This document shows positions 39,870 to 61,260 of a stretch of DNA of 64,000 nucleotides, one piece after another; within the stretch, counting starts at the first letter, position 1, and each line of letters starts with the position of its first letter. A model generated the notes under the pieces. The model was not told the origin of the DNA and did not search any database. It worked only from the letters and a program-made list of their open reading frames with translations. Location of the stretch: NCBI RefSeq assembly GCF_009914755.1, contig NC_060943.1; one strand, 5' to 3'. A program made the translations under genes and the position numbers. Source of the stretch: the human T2T-CHM13v2.0 reference genome, Homo sapiens.

Positions 39870-40056
39870 CACCAGCACTGAAGTTGAAGAGAGGGGGAAG
39901 TGGGCGGTTGTTAGGCAGCTGGGTTCCCAGACATCGCAGTTCATCAAAGAAGCTGTGCGCACAGGCCTCTAGTGGGGAGAGCCTTGAGGATGGGGTGTAC
40001 TCCAGCAGGCTAGAGCAGAGCGCGATGGCCTCTGGCGGCGTTCGAGATTTGAACAC
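39870..40056 (-). CDS. GSK3A: GSK3A exon 9
   Basis: [26 protein letters not shown]...PPLFNFSAG; GT-AG flanks; 187 nt. Confidence 0.96.
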
Positions 40057-40471
40057 CTGAGGGATGGGTGCAGGGCTCATGAGGGTGAGATGCCCTGGAC
40101 ACTGGCATACTCCTGTTATCTCACTGCCACAGTGCCTGCGGCAAGTTATGACTGGTTGCTTCCCACACCCCCACCTTCCAAATGAAGAAACTAAGGCCCA
40201 ACCACTAAGGAGAGGTCAGTTTGTATCGGGTAAGCAGGCAGCCCAGGTCTGGGACTATATGAGCCCTGCTGACCCTCCATAAAAATTGGAATCTTGAATT
40301 TACTTGTGGGTTCTCAACTTTTAAAATGCCATAAACTTTGAAAGCGGATGGATGTTATTGATCCCTGGATAACTCTTCAAATCCTCCCAAGCCGTGATTC
40401 TGAGGCTAGGTCCACAGAACAGTTGACCTCCAAGGGGGACCAGCTCTCAGCCATACTGCCCTGAGCCCCTA

Positions 40472-40819
<348 letters not shown>

Positions 40820-41634
40820 TTATTCCTCATGGCCATCCTAAGAGTGTCAGGAGCCCCGTTTTCTCAAAGACAAAGCACCTGGCCCAAGGTCACATGCAGC
40901 TTAGAAACATGGGCCCGACCTTGACCCTGCCTTTGCTGTACTCTCTAGTCTAGGTGTGTTTCCAGCCCTCAGTTCCTCTCTCTGCTAAGGACCCCAATGA
41001 GCTCCTTCTCTCCCGCTAGCCTTGGACGACAGACCAAATTAGGCCCAAACCTGCCAACAGGCACCCATGTTCTTTGGGCCACAGGAAGGTACAGCCTTAA
41101 ATCCTGGACTGCCTTCCTCTTGTTCCAGCCTCTCTCCTGCCCATGAGAAGAGCTGCAGCGTGGCAGTCTCACCCCTCCCTGCTTTGTACCTTGACCCCCA
41201 CAGCACGAGTTCATACCTAAGGACTCCACAGTTCGTCATGCTGCTGTGGAAGGTGCCCTTTCAAACTCTCATGCCCATTCCCTCAATTCAGACTTCCCCT
41301 CATGCCTGGAAAATGGCAGTTGTCCCCACAAACAGGGAAGGACACAGAGGCCCTGGGAGCAAGTTGCACCTTCATGGTGGCAAAGCCTTGCTTCCCGGTT
41401 CCCCCAAGGTCTCCAGCAGCCCTTCCCCCTAGCTGAGAACAGAGGGCTGACAGGGAGGTTCCAGAGCTGGTATGGACTCTGGAGTCAGGTCAGCTTTCAA
41501 ATCCCAGTCCTGCCCAGTCCTAGTGGTGCCAGTGCGGGCAGGCGGCCTCACAGCTCTAAGCTCATCTGTAAAATTAGCATTCAACAGCATCAGCCTCCTA
41601 AGTTTGTGAGGACTGGATACAAGAACAGAAGTTA

Positions 41635-42630
<996 letters not shown>

Positions 42631-43979
42631 TTAATCACAACCCTTGGCAGAAGCCTGATGAGTAAGGTACATCGGGAGGTTGTCATAAAACAGGCTAGGG
42701 AGCCAGGCACTCAGCTTCCCCCTCACCAAAACCACTGGCTCCTTAATCCGACAATCAAAACCACCCCTGAGCCTGCCCCCTCTCCAGCTCCATTTTCCTG
42801 CCACTCTCCCTCCCACTGACTAGAACAGAAGTACCGTGAGAGCAGGATTTTGAGTTTCAGTTACTGCTGCATCCCCCAGGGCCTAGACAGACCAGGTCCT
42901 GACATGGCTGCTTCCTAGGCCCCCTTCCTTTTATTCCAGTTCCCCTCGGCCAAAGATGCCACTTCCTTGCCCTGTGCTTGGTCTCCTCCAGGAAGCCTTC
43001 CTTGATCCTTCTCACCCACAAACCAGGCTGGGTGCTTCCTCCATTTCCAGAATTCCCTGTGCTCCTTCTGGTATGGCAGCAGCTAGTTCATTTAATAGTT
43101 TTCTGTGATGACGCCTTTCTACCCTACCAAACTGAGAGCTCTTCAAGGCCAAGGCCTGGGTCGCAGTCAGTGGTGCCTCTGGAATTCCTCAGCCCTGGGA
43201 CCCGTATGCAGGCAGCCACAGGACAGATTCGCCAAACCAGAGAGCTCCCCTCCTGGGAAGTGAGGTCCAACAGCCACAACCACTGGTAGAGCCCACGTCG
43301 GCTCACCCGTGCTTGGTACGTAAAGCCAGCAGGAGCAGCAGCTGGGCCCCAAGTGACCTTCAGCAAACAAACCCACCCACCTCCTTCCAATGCAGTAGGC
43401 TGCTCCAGCCTGTTCGCCACATCATCCCTGGGCTGCAATCATTCATTCATTCATTCAAACACCTCCTGAAGGTCTGTAACACCCAGGGCACGATGCCAGG
43501 CACTGGGGAATGAGCCTGCACAGATGATGGACGGAGATGCATTCCTGGCTCTGTGGATGCTAACCTTCCTCCAGCCCTAACTCCTTCCCACCTACCCCCA
43601 GCCAAGGCTCTAAAGGCCCGAACTCTGGCCTCAGCAGCTGTCTCTGTGCAGTCCTGGTCCCCACCACCCCCTTATCCTGAGCTAACTCCAACATCTCTGG
43701 TGCCACTGGACTCCCTGTATGGACCTGAGCAACTACCTGGCAGCTTCTGCAACCCCAGGTGTCAGGCTGCCTTCCTGATTCAGTCAGGCCTTGCCTGCCT
43801 TGGCCCTCCCCTGTGTTAGGCGAGCTCCATCTCGGGGGGTTATGGGAACAACAGCAGGGGACATGGGGCCTCCAAAAACCAACATAAACTTGGCGGATGA
43901 GGGATCCCATAAAAGGCAGGAGGCTCCAGAGCCCCTGGCTTTGTGGGCCTGGGTCCCAGCAGCCCACCTGCTGGCCTAC

Positions 43980-44090
43980 CTTGACATAGAGGATAGGGAT
44001 GGTCAACTTGGCCTTGGTGAAGTGGCGGGCCACCCGGTACACTGTCTCGGGCACATATTCCAGCACCAGATTTAGGTAAAGCTCGTCTTT
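43980..44090 (-). CDS. GSK3A: GSK3A exon 4
   Basis: [37 protein letters not shown]; 111 nt. Confidence 0.96.
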
Positions 44091-44231
44091 CTGCAGGGAG
44101 CAAAGGAGAGGTGTGAGGCACTGTGAGAAGAGTGAGGAGGGGGAAGGAAGGTATGCAGGGAGCAGTGGGGGAAAGGCAGGCAGGCAGGAAAATGGCTGGA
44201 GCAACCCACCACCACCACCTCGAGATCTCAC

Positions 44232-44315
44232 CTTCTCGCCACTGGAGTAGAAAAAGTATCTCAGCCTCACAATATTGCAGTGGTCCAGCTTACGCATGAT
44301 CTGCAGCTCTCGGTT
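44232..44315 (-). CDS. GSK3A: GSK3A exon 3
   Basis: [28 protein letters not shown]; 84 nt. Confidence 0.96.
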
Positions 44316-44320
44316 CTTGA

Positions 44321-46354
<2,034 letters not shown>

Positions 46355-47328
46355 TCAGGCATGGGCACATGAGGCTTGCCCCCCTACCTGGCACAAGCAA
46401 CAACAGACAGGTAGTGGCCATCCAGCTCACTCTGGTCCCGTGGAAGCATCTGGGTCCTCGAACTCTATCTAGGATCCTGAGTCCCAGACTCCAGGCATTG
46501 GACTTTTCCCAGAATGCGGTCTCAGCATTCTTCCCCATTCTCTATTCCTCAGTGAGGCCTAGGAACTCCCTGCCCCTACATCCCTCTTACTTCTGGAACT
46601 CAACTCCAATCAAATTCTGACACCCTGGAGCTCCTCCTGCCCAAGGGCCCTCCCTGCCAAGACCGAGGCCCTGGTCTGGTTCCTTTCCAGTCTAGGCTCA
46701 GTTCTCCTACATCCAGACTAGTCTAAGCTCCAAATGCCAGGCCCTTAAACACCAATTATTCCTCAACTTCCACTTCCTCCATCTCCTTCTAGTTCCCTGA
46801 GCCTCTCCTAGCTCACAGGGCACCTCCATTCCATTCTGCGCTGGCCAAACACCTGGGAAGAGCGCGACCTTCAGAACCACCCGCGCTAGCCCTGCCAGGT
46901 CCCTTTCTCTCCTGGGAAGAAGTGTAACCAAATGGTTAAGGTAGAGGGTTTGGGAATCAGATTCCAGCCTTGACTGGGGCACTTGCTCTATGACCTCAGG
47001 CAATCCTCTTACCTGAGTTTGTTTCCCTGCTTTTAAACTTAGCTTACACTTAGAATGGGTATAACCACAGTACCTACCCTCAGAGAATCTTTATGTAAAT
47101 TAAACAAGAATTTGCTTATTAAGCACTTACATTGAGCAAATGCCCAGTAAAAGCTCTGGGCTCTCCTGGGATCCACATTTCCCATCTTTCACAGGTCTCA
47201 TTTCCTCTTTTCCCCCTTCTCTTCTGGCCCATGGCTCTGAAACCCAAGCCTCCAGCTCTCTGGCTCAGGTTCTCCCACCAGTCACACCCAGTCCCCAAAC
47301 CTCCCTGTCCCCATCCCGCCCAAGCTAC

Positions 47329-47516
47329 CTTGAACCTCTTGTCCTGGAGAACCTTCTTGATGGCGACTAGTTCCCTGGTCTCTGCCAGCCGTGCCTGGTA
47401 CACGACCCCAAATGAGCCATTGCCAATCACTTTGATGTCCGTGTAAGCCACTTCTTGGGAGCGCTCTGGGCCTTGGCCTAGAGTGGCTACGACTGTGGTC
47501 ACCTTCCCGCTGTCAC
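47329..47516 (-). CDS. GSK3A: GSK3A exon 2 (Gly-rich loop, VAIK lysine)
   Basis: DSGKVTTVV...[33 protein letters not shown]; 188 nt. Confidence 0.96.
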
Positions 47517-47879
47517 CTGGGGAACAAAGGGGATACACGATCCACTGACCCATCCTGCCTGCGCATCACCCTATCCTGGGGCTGTGGGAGGAAGGGAAAT
47601 CTCTGCAGGAAGCTCGTTGGGGACCTCTTTGTCCCCTCCTCCTCTTTGAGGAAAGGTGGATGCTGGGACCTTCCCAGTGACTTTTCCCCTCTTCCTTTCT
47701 GGGAATCTTAAGTCCTGCTCCCCTCCACATAGGAGGATATTGATACCTAAATCTCTCTGCTTCAAGGGTTGGCAACCCCAAATTTCTACTTCTAGGAAGC
47801 AACAGATCACTGGTCCATCTTGGTACTGGGAGACATCAGATGTTGACTCCATCTACTCTGGATCTACTGCCCTCTGGCC

Positions 47880-49470
<1,591 letters not shown>

Positions 49471-49556
49471 TCTAAGCACATGAAAGAATCTGATGGATGT
49501 CTGAGGAGCTTTGGGAACCCTAATCACCACCCTACACGGGCGCCACTAGTACTCAC

Positions 49557-49839
49557 GGCCCAGCTTCACCCCGGGCGGCGGGAAGCTAGTGCCTGCGCCG
49601 GGGCCTCCGCTGCCTCCTCCGCCGCTGCCGCCGGGTCCACCCCCGGAGCTCGAGGCCCCGACGCCCCCACCCATGGCCCCGACAGATGCCTTTCCGCCGC
49701 CGGTGCCGCCTGGGCCGGAGGCCGAGCCTCCGGGGCCGCCGCCGCCTCCTCCGCCTCCGCCGCCGGGCTCCGCGAACGAGCTAGTCCGCGCCCTGCCCGA
49801 GCCCCCAGGGCCGCCTCCCGAAGGCCCGCCGCCGCTCAT
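49557..49839 (-). CDS. GSK3A: GSK3A exon 1 (Gly-rich N-terminus, Ser21)
   Basis: GCCATGA start; MSGGGPSGGGPGGSGRARTSSFAEPGGG...; donor GGCC|gtgagt; 283 coding nt. Confidence 0.97.
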
Positions 49840-50760
49840 GGCGCCGAGCACAGGCCCAGGCTGCGGGGCTCGGGCTGCCCGGGCTGCCCCAGCCGCCGCC
49901 GCTGCCGCCGCCTCCCCCGGGCCCTGGCCTCTTCCAGGCCGCGCCGCTCTGGCTTGGGCTCCGGCTCCGGCCCAGCGCCCGCCGCGGGGCACGCCGGGAG
50001 ATGCAGTCCGGCTGTCGTCCGCGCCGCCGTCACCGCCCTCGGCCCGCACAGAGAGCCGCGTGGCACGCCGGGAAATGAAGTCCACAAAAGCCTCAGAGTA
50101 GACCGCGGGAATGATGGGCGGGAATGACGGGTCACGCTGTACGTCGGGAAATGGAGTCCAGGGTAATCTGTCAGCCGACTGTACGACGGGGAGCCCTGAA
50201 GCACTTTAGGAAGCAGAGAGCCTGATGCACGCTGGGAAACGGAGTCCACTCACTCAGTCTATTAGCTGTGTATGCCTCCCAGAGCTCGGTGCGCTCTGGG
50301 AAATTGAGTCGGCCCGCGTGAACCTGCGGGTCTCGGGCCGTGAGGCAAGCCGGGAAATGGAGTCGTCGCCACGCCCTCACCGCATTGCAGGTGTAAAGCG
50401 ATTTTTAAAGCACGCCGGGAAATGGAGTCTCAGGTGGTTTTTAAGCCCCAGGTGGATACTGCAGTTCCGGAGATGGGCGAGGAAATGGAGTAGGTTTACG
50501 CGCTCCTCTTTCCAGGTACGCTGGGCCGCAGTCCCTGCCGGGAAGTGTAGTCAGCACCAAGGCCTCAGTGCAGTTGCCACAGCGAGCCCTGGTGTGTTCT
50601 GGGAAATGGAGTTCGACGTATCCTCCCCATTGACTGAGGGGGCGGGATCGCCCATGAGCTCCAAGCATGCTGGGGAATAGTCCAGACCTGACCCTCTGTG
50701 AGGCCAGTCTGCGGAGGCTTGCCGGGAAGCGAAGTCCAATGGCCACCATCAGGGGCGTGT
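49840..50760. promoter_or_regulatory. GSK3A: GSK3A CpG-island promoter with homotypic ZNF143/SBS-like motif array
   Basis: CpG-dense; 11 copies of consensus CAYGCYGGGAAATGGAGTCC on + (reverse complement GACTCCATTTCCCRGCRTG) between 50064 and 50737. Confidence 0.75.
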
Positions 50761-51116
50761 GAACGAAAGGTTAGAGACTGCGGCAGTTCCCTGGAGAGAC
50801 TTAAAAGTGTTTCAGCGCCTCCTTCCTCGCCCCCAGGTCCTTCTTTAAGAAAGAGCCGAGGTCGATCAAGGACTGCTGGAAAATGGATCCAAGCACCTTT
50901 AAGTTCCAGGTGACCATAGATCAGGAAAGAAAAAATGTCCCCTCTCTAACCGCAACTCTGCAAAGATTCGGGAAACAAAGTTCCCGGCGGTTTCTCAGAA
51001 CACTAACTAGTCTTCGGATACAGTCTAGCTTTTCCTAGCAATGTGGTTCGCACCAGGAAGCTGAATGGAGCATTAAAAAGACGGAAATGTCATTTCTGGG
51101 CCTGGCGCTGTGGCTC

Positions 51117-53206
<2,090 letters not shown>

Positions 53207-54958
53207 TTAATATGTGAAGTGCCTTGAGAGCATCTGTAAAGGGCTTTCTACTTGGAAGCAAGGATCTCAGAGGATATGGATGGGACCAAGGGTGTCTTCT
53301 TGCAGGAACATTTCAAGCCAGCTAGCTAATAGATTTAGGTGGGCGATTAAAGGTTAGAGTAGCCGCTGGAGTTTTCAAGGCCAAATGCCACCTGTGACAT
53401 CCTACACAGCCAGAATCTGGGGCAACTTGTCTGGTAGGGCTGTGGTCTGACCTGGACAGCAGTTAGGGAGCTGAGCTGAGCACTTATGATTCCATATTAG
53501 ATGTGGTTAGAGGTGCTTTGAAGGCACTGGGTTCAGGGGCTGAGGCCAGTAGTTAGGGTCCTCTCCTCCCGAGTGACAACATCCCCTTCTCCATCACCCC
53601 ACCACCACCACCAACTCAGCTGCAACTATGTTGCCAGGAGACATGTCTCATCCCAGCTTCCAGAAATAGCCCAGTGGCCCCCACCCCAGGGAATGACTTA
53701 CATCACCCAGGAGAGGGAGCAGTTTCCCGCAGGCCGCCTCGGGAGCCTCGGTTTCCTGCCAGTATCCTAGCCCTGGATCCTCTCTTCCCTGCCAACCGAC
53801 ATCATCTGGGACCACCCACCCTGGCTGGCATGAAATGAGATGCGAGTGGGTAGCAGTTGCCAGTCAACGTTTCTTCCCCCTCAGGGTTGCACAGGGTGGA
53901 GTTTCATGGCGAAGCCAGTCCAACAAGCCCTCAATTGCCACTCCATCTCTTAGCAGCTGTGTGGCCTTGGGGAAACCCCTTCCCCTTTCTGGGCCTCAGG
54001 CACCTCACCTGCATGGTGGAGACAGAACTTGTCTCTAAGGGTACTTCCAGCCTGGATTATTCCTCCTAATTCTTTCATCCCTGATTCAAGCTCTCCAATC
54101 TCAGCTTCTAGCTCTATGAGCTCATCTCAAATCCTCTGATCCTGAAAGCCTGATCTGGATCCAACTATCTTGGTGTTAGGAAGGAAAAGTCAGGAGTTGT
54201 TGAAAGAACGTGGGCTTTGAAGTCCTGGCTCAGCCACAGGGCCCTGGGCAAGTCACTTAGCAGCACTGGTTGCCCCTACCTTACTGGATACTGAAGGAGC
54301 TACAACACTGCAGCTCTTAAGTATTGGACACACAGTAGGTCAACAGCATCGATGACTAGTGAGCCAGTCCCTTGGCTGTGTGCTGGCTGGGGGTGTTCCC
54401 ATACCTGGACCTGAAGATCACCAAGTTACCTTGCAAGGTCTACATTTCAAGAGACACCACAGGCTGTTCTCCAAAGGACTCCCAGCTGAACTCAGAGCAA
54501 CAAGAGAGGGGTGTGGGCAGGGTGCGAGGGGCAGTGCAAAAGGGAGCTCCTGGTCTTCACTGGGGACCTGGGGTGTGGGAAGAATTCCTAGCCACAAGTG
54601 GGAAGGCATCCAGGCAATCAGAAGAGCAAGGGCAGTGGGGTTGTGGTGAAAAACAGTGGGAAGAGCTTTCAAGGACAAGGTCCCCATGGAACAGAGGAGC
54701 AGTCTGATGAAGCCGGCGCATGCCTGAGACCACTATCATCAAGCTCTGGGGCTCATGTGCCTCTGAGGTCAGGAGACGGTTTCCCAGGCCTGGATTTGGC
54801 CCATTCTGATTAGGGTTAGGCCCTCTATACTGATCTGGCCACAGACCCACTAGCAGCCAGGGTGGGGCCCCTCCTTCAGAATCAAGCAAAAGCTGTGGCC
54901 CTCAGGGGGCTGCACCGAGCACCTAGGACATTGATCACTGCATCCAAAGGTCCAAAGT

Positions 54959-54964
54959 TTTATT
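54959..54964 (-). terminator. ERF: ERF poly(A) signal AATAAA
   Basis: TTTATT on + about 875 nt beyond the ERF stop. Confidence 0.85.
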
Positions 54965-55838
54965 GTTTTGAATACATTCTCCAGCGGCCCCTCTACTCCC
55001 CCCACCCTCAGTCCCCAATACAGAATAAGGCTTGACCACAGCCCCCCACCCCACCCCAGAGGCCCCAGCTGGGAGGCAGAGGGGGCTTCCAGTTTGGTTT
55101 CAGGGCACCCCCTTCCCATCCCCCCACCCGCCTGCCCATGGGCCAGTCCTAGGAGCAGCTGGGGATGAAGGGGTTGGACCGGTGCTGGGGTGGGGAGTGG
55201 GAGAGGGATAGCAGGCACTTGTAGAGATTTGTGGCCCATGGGCGGCACCCCTCACCCTCCTCCGCCCCCCACCCCCCAACACATGGAATTTTTGGTTCAT
55301 TATAAAATTGTCCCTCCCTCCCCTGCTGTGACCTTGTGGGGTATGAGAAACCTAGGCACTCATGGCCCCCTGGAGGGGCAGGGCAGGCAGGGCTGGGGCT
55401 GAGGAGGGCTGGGAGTGGGGCAGAGCGGGTGGGTCAGAGGGGTACAAGAGGCAGAGAACAGGGAGGGAGACAAGGCTTTACTTCCTAAGCGATTGTAATA
55501 GAAAAGTTCCTGGGTGTTAAGGCCAAAGCCTCAATTCAAATATAAATTCCCCAGAATGGAGGTGACCCCCTTAACTTCCCCCTCCCTCCCCCTACCACCA
55601 CTTTGCCCAGAGCTTAGAAACCCACAGAGACAGGGAATAGCCCCTAGCCCTGGGCACCCACCCACCCCCACCATTTTTAAAAAAAAGAAATTAAAGTTTT
55701 ATACAAAATGTGGGGAGGGAAAAGGGAGGAGGCAGGGAAGAGACAAGAGAGCTGCCCTCACCTCCAGGGCATAGGGGGCTTAAGGCAGCAAAAGAAGCAT
55801 GGGGGGTGCGGGGCACACAGGTCCCCTGCCCACAGCCC

Positions 55839-57345
<1,507 letters not shown>

Positions 57346-57703
57346 TCAGGTACGTGGGACCCAGGTCTAGACTCCACACCTTAACACGCACTTAGGTGTG
57401 GTTCCCAAAGGCCAACTGAGGAACGTAGGCCACAAAAGACAAATCAAGTGCCCAGAGGGTGGGTACCAGCTCTCTCCTCACATCTAAGGCAGGACTAGAG
57501 GATCCACTGGTGACTGTAATCTCTCCTCAGGATACGTCTGTGTTACCAAGGGGCTCAGGGAAGGGCTGGGAGTGGCCCAAGGTCACACAGCTAGGATTTG
57601 GCAAAGCCAGGGGTCAGACCCAATGCTTGTTCCCACAGGCAAGGGGCTGTGCAACCCCGGGGGGGCACTCCACATGTGCTCAGGGGTCCCCAGCCCGTCC
57701 TCA

Positions 57704-57970
<267 letters not shown>

Positions 57971-60900
57971 TCAGGCTGCCAAGTCCAGGGCTCTGGGTCC
58001 CATCCCAGGGTCCACCTCTGCCCTGCCTTCAACATGGGGAAATCTGTCTCACCTCAGCCAAGTCAAGATCTGATTTAAGAGAAGACAGTGCGTGTCTGTC
58101 TGTCTGCATGTGAGGGGCTAGACAGGAGCTGGGGGGGAGGGGAAGCTGGAGCCCGCTCCAGCGACACCGGGAGAAACAGGAAACCGTCGGCGGTGGGTCC
58201 CGGGGCCAGTGCCAGGGGGCCAGGCACCAAGCCAGGCTGGCGGGCAGGGCTGCCAGTGGGGGAGGGGCAGGAAGGGGCACACGTGGCCAGCCGGGTTGGG
58301 GTACAGCCCCCCAGCTTACCCCCACTCCCATTCAGAGCCAGTTGCACCACCCCAGCTCCTCGGATGTCCTCCTTAGAAACATGCACTGTCTCCTCCGAAG
58401 ACCCAACAGAGCCCCTACTCCCAACCCCAAGACCTGAGAGGAAGATTTTTTTTTTTTTTCTTAAAAGGACCAGGAGGGGTGGGGTGACTCGGTTGCCGAT
58501 GAGGTCAGCGCTTGCACACACAGAGGCTTCTGTCTTCCCTGGAGAGTGAAACCCAGACTGTCTGAGAGGCCCCCCAAGCCCTGGACCCTCTGAGCTACAC
58601 TGCCCTCCCCAGACCCAGGCATCCAGGCCCCACCTGGCTGGAGGGCCCAGCCCAGGCCTGGAGCTTGAGCAGGCACCCTGGAGCTGTCACCCTCTTCCCA
58701 CTTCTGCCTTCTCATCTTCAGCTCCTTCCCTGCCCACCTGCCTGCCCACCCCCAGCATTAACCTTGGGTAGAGGTTGGCGGTGGGCTGGCTGGTCTCTGG
58801 AGGGGGTGGGCAGCCTGGGGTGGGGGGTGGGGGGTGGGGGGACTGCGGTTGTTGTCATTTCCCAACAACAGGGGCCATCAATAATTCAGCACCAGGCAGC
58901 CGGTAATGGAGGGGTGGGAGGAGGGAAAGGGGAGGAAGGGAAGGAGTGGGGAGGCAGAGCAGGGTCCCTGGTGCCACTAGAGAGAGAAGGCCAAGGTGGC
59001 CAGCTAAAGATGGGCGGCTCCCAAATCCAGTCAGGCTGCAGGGGTCAATCCGCCTCCCTTGGCCCCAGCTCAAACAGGTACCAACAAGGCCTCCAGGCAA
59101 CACATCCACCCTCAAAGACTCCACCCAAGTCTGGAATCCAACAAGGGATCCTTCCCCTTGGGAATCCAGGGAATCAGTAGTTCCTGCTCCCACAGGGACC
59201 ACCCCCTCCAAATCCAGAGCTCACTGTAGGCCCCCAACTCCTGCCCAGACTGGGCTGCAGTACCACATAGCCCCCGGAGTCCCTGCCCCATTCAGATATA
59301 TCCCAGCCTTCCACCAGCCCCTCAGGGTGCCAGGGATATGACCTCCAGCTGTTCACAGACCAGCACCAACAGCCCCTGTTCCATTTAAAAGTGACAGCCT
59401 TTGACAACCCCTTCCAGAGACCCCAGAGCACCATCGCTCTCTTGGGAATCTAGGTGTTCAACCCATTATCCTCACCCTTCTAGAGAATCCAGATCACAAG
59501 GTCTCCTGCAAGGCCCAGGGTCCTTTGGAACCCAGGTGACCCAGCCACCAGCTTCATGGACCCTCATATCCCCTCCAAAAAGCTCCCAGCCCCTCTCAGG
59601 GAACCAAGCTCCATGTTACTTCCACCTCAGCCCCAATCTGGCTCTAGACCTAGAAGGGGGGCCAAAGCCCCTGAGACATCAATCTGGGGGTGGGGGATGT
59701 ACTGACTTCCACCCTCCCCCCAAAATTAAAGCCACCCTTCCCAGCCCACCCGCCCCAGCCTCCGTGTCCCGGTAACCAGGCAACGTGTGTGCAGCGACAG
59801 TCCTGGGAGCGGGGGAGCAGGAGGCTAAAAATAAACTTTGCAGAAGAGAGGGAGTGAGAGAGACTACATGCAACACAAAGGGAACTCGGAAAGGAGGTGG
59901 GGGGGCTCTGGAAAGGCCTCAAGCCGCATTCTGGGAGCTGTCCCAGGCCCCCTTGTTAAACCCCTTCCCTGAGCAACCCCTCCTCCAGGGCCTGGACCCT
60001 GGCTCCCACTTCTGGCAGGGACCCTTCCCCACTCCCAAGCCCACCACAACGGCGGCTTTCCTCATCGGACACAGCATACATGAAGGCCTGTTCCCGGCTT
60101 TGGGGGGGGGAGAATGAAGAGGGGGTGACGTCAGGGTGTCTCAATGGGGCTCTGTTCCCCAGGCCTTGGAGCCAGGAGCCAGGCACGGGCAAGGGGAGCA
60201 TGTGTGAGTGTGCTGTGTATGCGTCCACGTGCTTAAAACAGGGAAACACCAGACCTGCACGGAGGAAGCTTGGGGGTGCGGGACCTCGGGAACATGGGGG
60301 CCAGTGAGGCAGGGAGAGAGCAGGCACATGGAGAGAGGGGTTCAGGAGACTGCGAGACAGAGTGCAGAAGTGGCAGCAGTCAGACAGCAAGGGCTGGGAT
60401 GGCGAGGTCCCAGAAGCACACCTGGGTCCCACAGAGGCGGGGTAGGGATTCTCCCAGACAGACTATGCAAGCCTGGGGGGACAAAACTCCTGGGCACCCC
60501 CCAACCTCACGTGACGGCCCAAACTTTTTTTAAGGGACTATGAGGGTCGGAAGGGAGGAGTGGTGGCAGAGGAAGAACACGCCGGCCTCCTGGGGGGCCC
60601 CACCACCTCCCCCACTCCAGGCGGCCCTCTATGGCGCCAGAGCCGGGAAGAAAACAGGAAGTGGGAAACAGCCACGGCAGAGAGAGGGACCGGGATGGAG
60701 AACTGGATGGAGGGGTGCGGAGCGGCAGGCCAGGAGGCAGACGGGAAAGATGCACCGATCGGAGGCCATTCCAGGCCTCCTTCCCCTCCCCTCCCCCAGC
60801 CGGAAAACCCACACACTGTCCCGCCCCCCGACAGGGTTGGGGAAGCGACCCGCGGATCCTATCAGGCCAAGGCCGGTAGCAGGGAGAGAAGATGAAGCGA

Positions 60901-61233
60901 GGTTGTCTGGGTGCCTCGGCCTCCTCCTTGGGCGAGGGTAGGCTCCTGCTGCCCCCAGGGCCCAGCCACCCGGGAGCGAGTGGAAGCCGGGGGAGTGTGT
61001 AGGACGCACGTGACTGACCCTACCGCACTCCGCACCCCGGCCCCACCCCCAGGGCCCCTCCTCGGTCCGGGTCCCAATCCCCTGGCGCCGGATCCCAGCT
61101 CGGAGCCCTTTAAGATTAAGCCGCCCCCACCCGCCGAGCAGGGGGATGGGGATGGGAATGGGGTGGGAATGGGGTGGGGATGGGGTGGGGTGGGTGGGCC
61201 GGTCGGGGCACACACCCGCACACAGGAGCCCGA

Positions 61234-61260
61234 GCCGCCGCCGCCGCCGCCGCCGCCGCC
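61234..61260. repeat. (GCC)9 trinucleotide repeat in ERF intron 1 CpG island
   Basis: 27 nt of pure GCC. Confidence 0.95.

Noticed and set aside
43560-44297. 245-aa ORF with kinase fragments
   Set aside because: GSK3A exons 3-4 read through an in-frame 141-nt intron; no evidence from sequence alone that retention is functional.
49840-50085. 82-codon in-frame N-terminal extension of GSK3A from GTG at 50085
   Set aside because: Very GC-rich sequence rarely has stops, the GTG probably lies upstream of the TSS, and the annotated ATG gives the expected 483 aa.
50064-50737. CRISPR array interpretation of the repeat-spacer pattern
   Set aside because: Human CpG promoter, degenerate ~20-bp repeats, irregular spacers and no cas genes; transcription-factor motif cluster is the better explanation.
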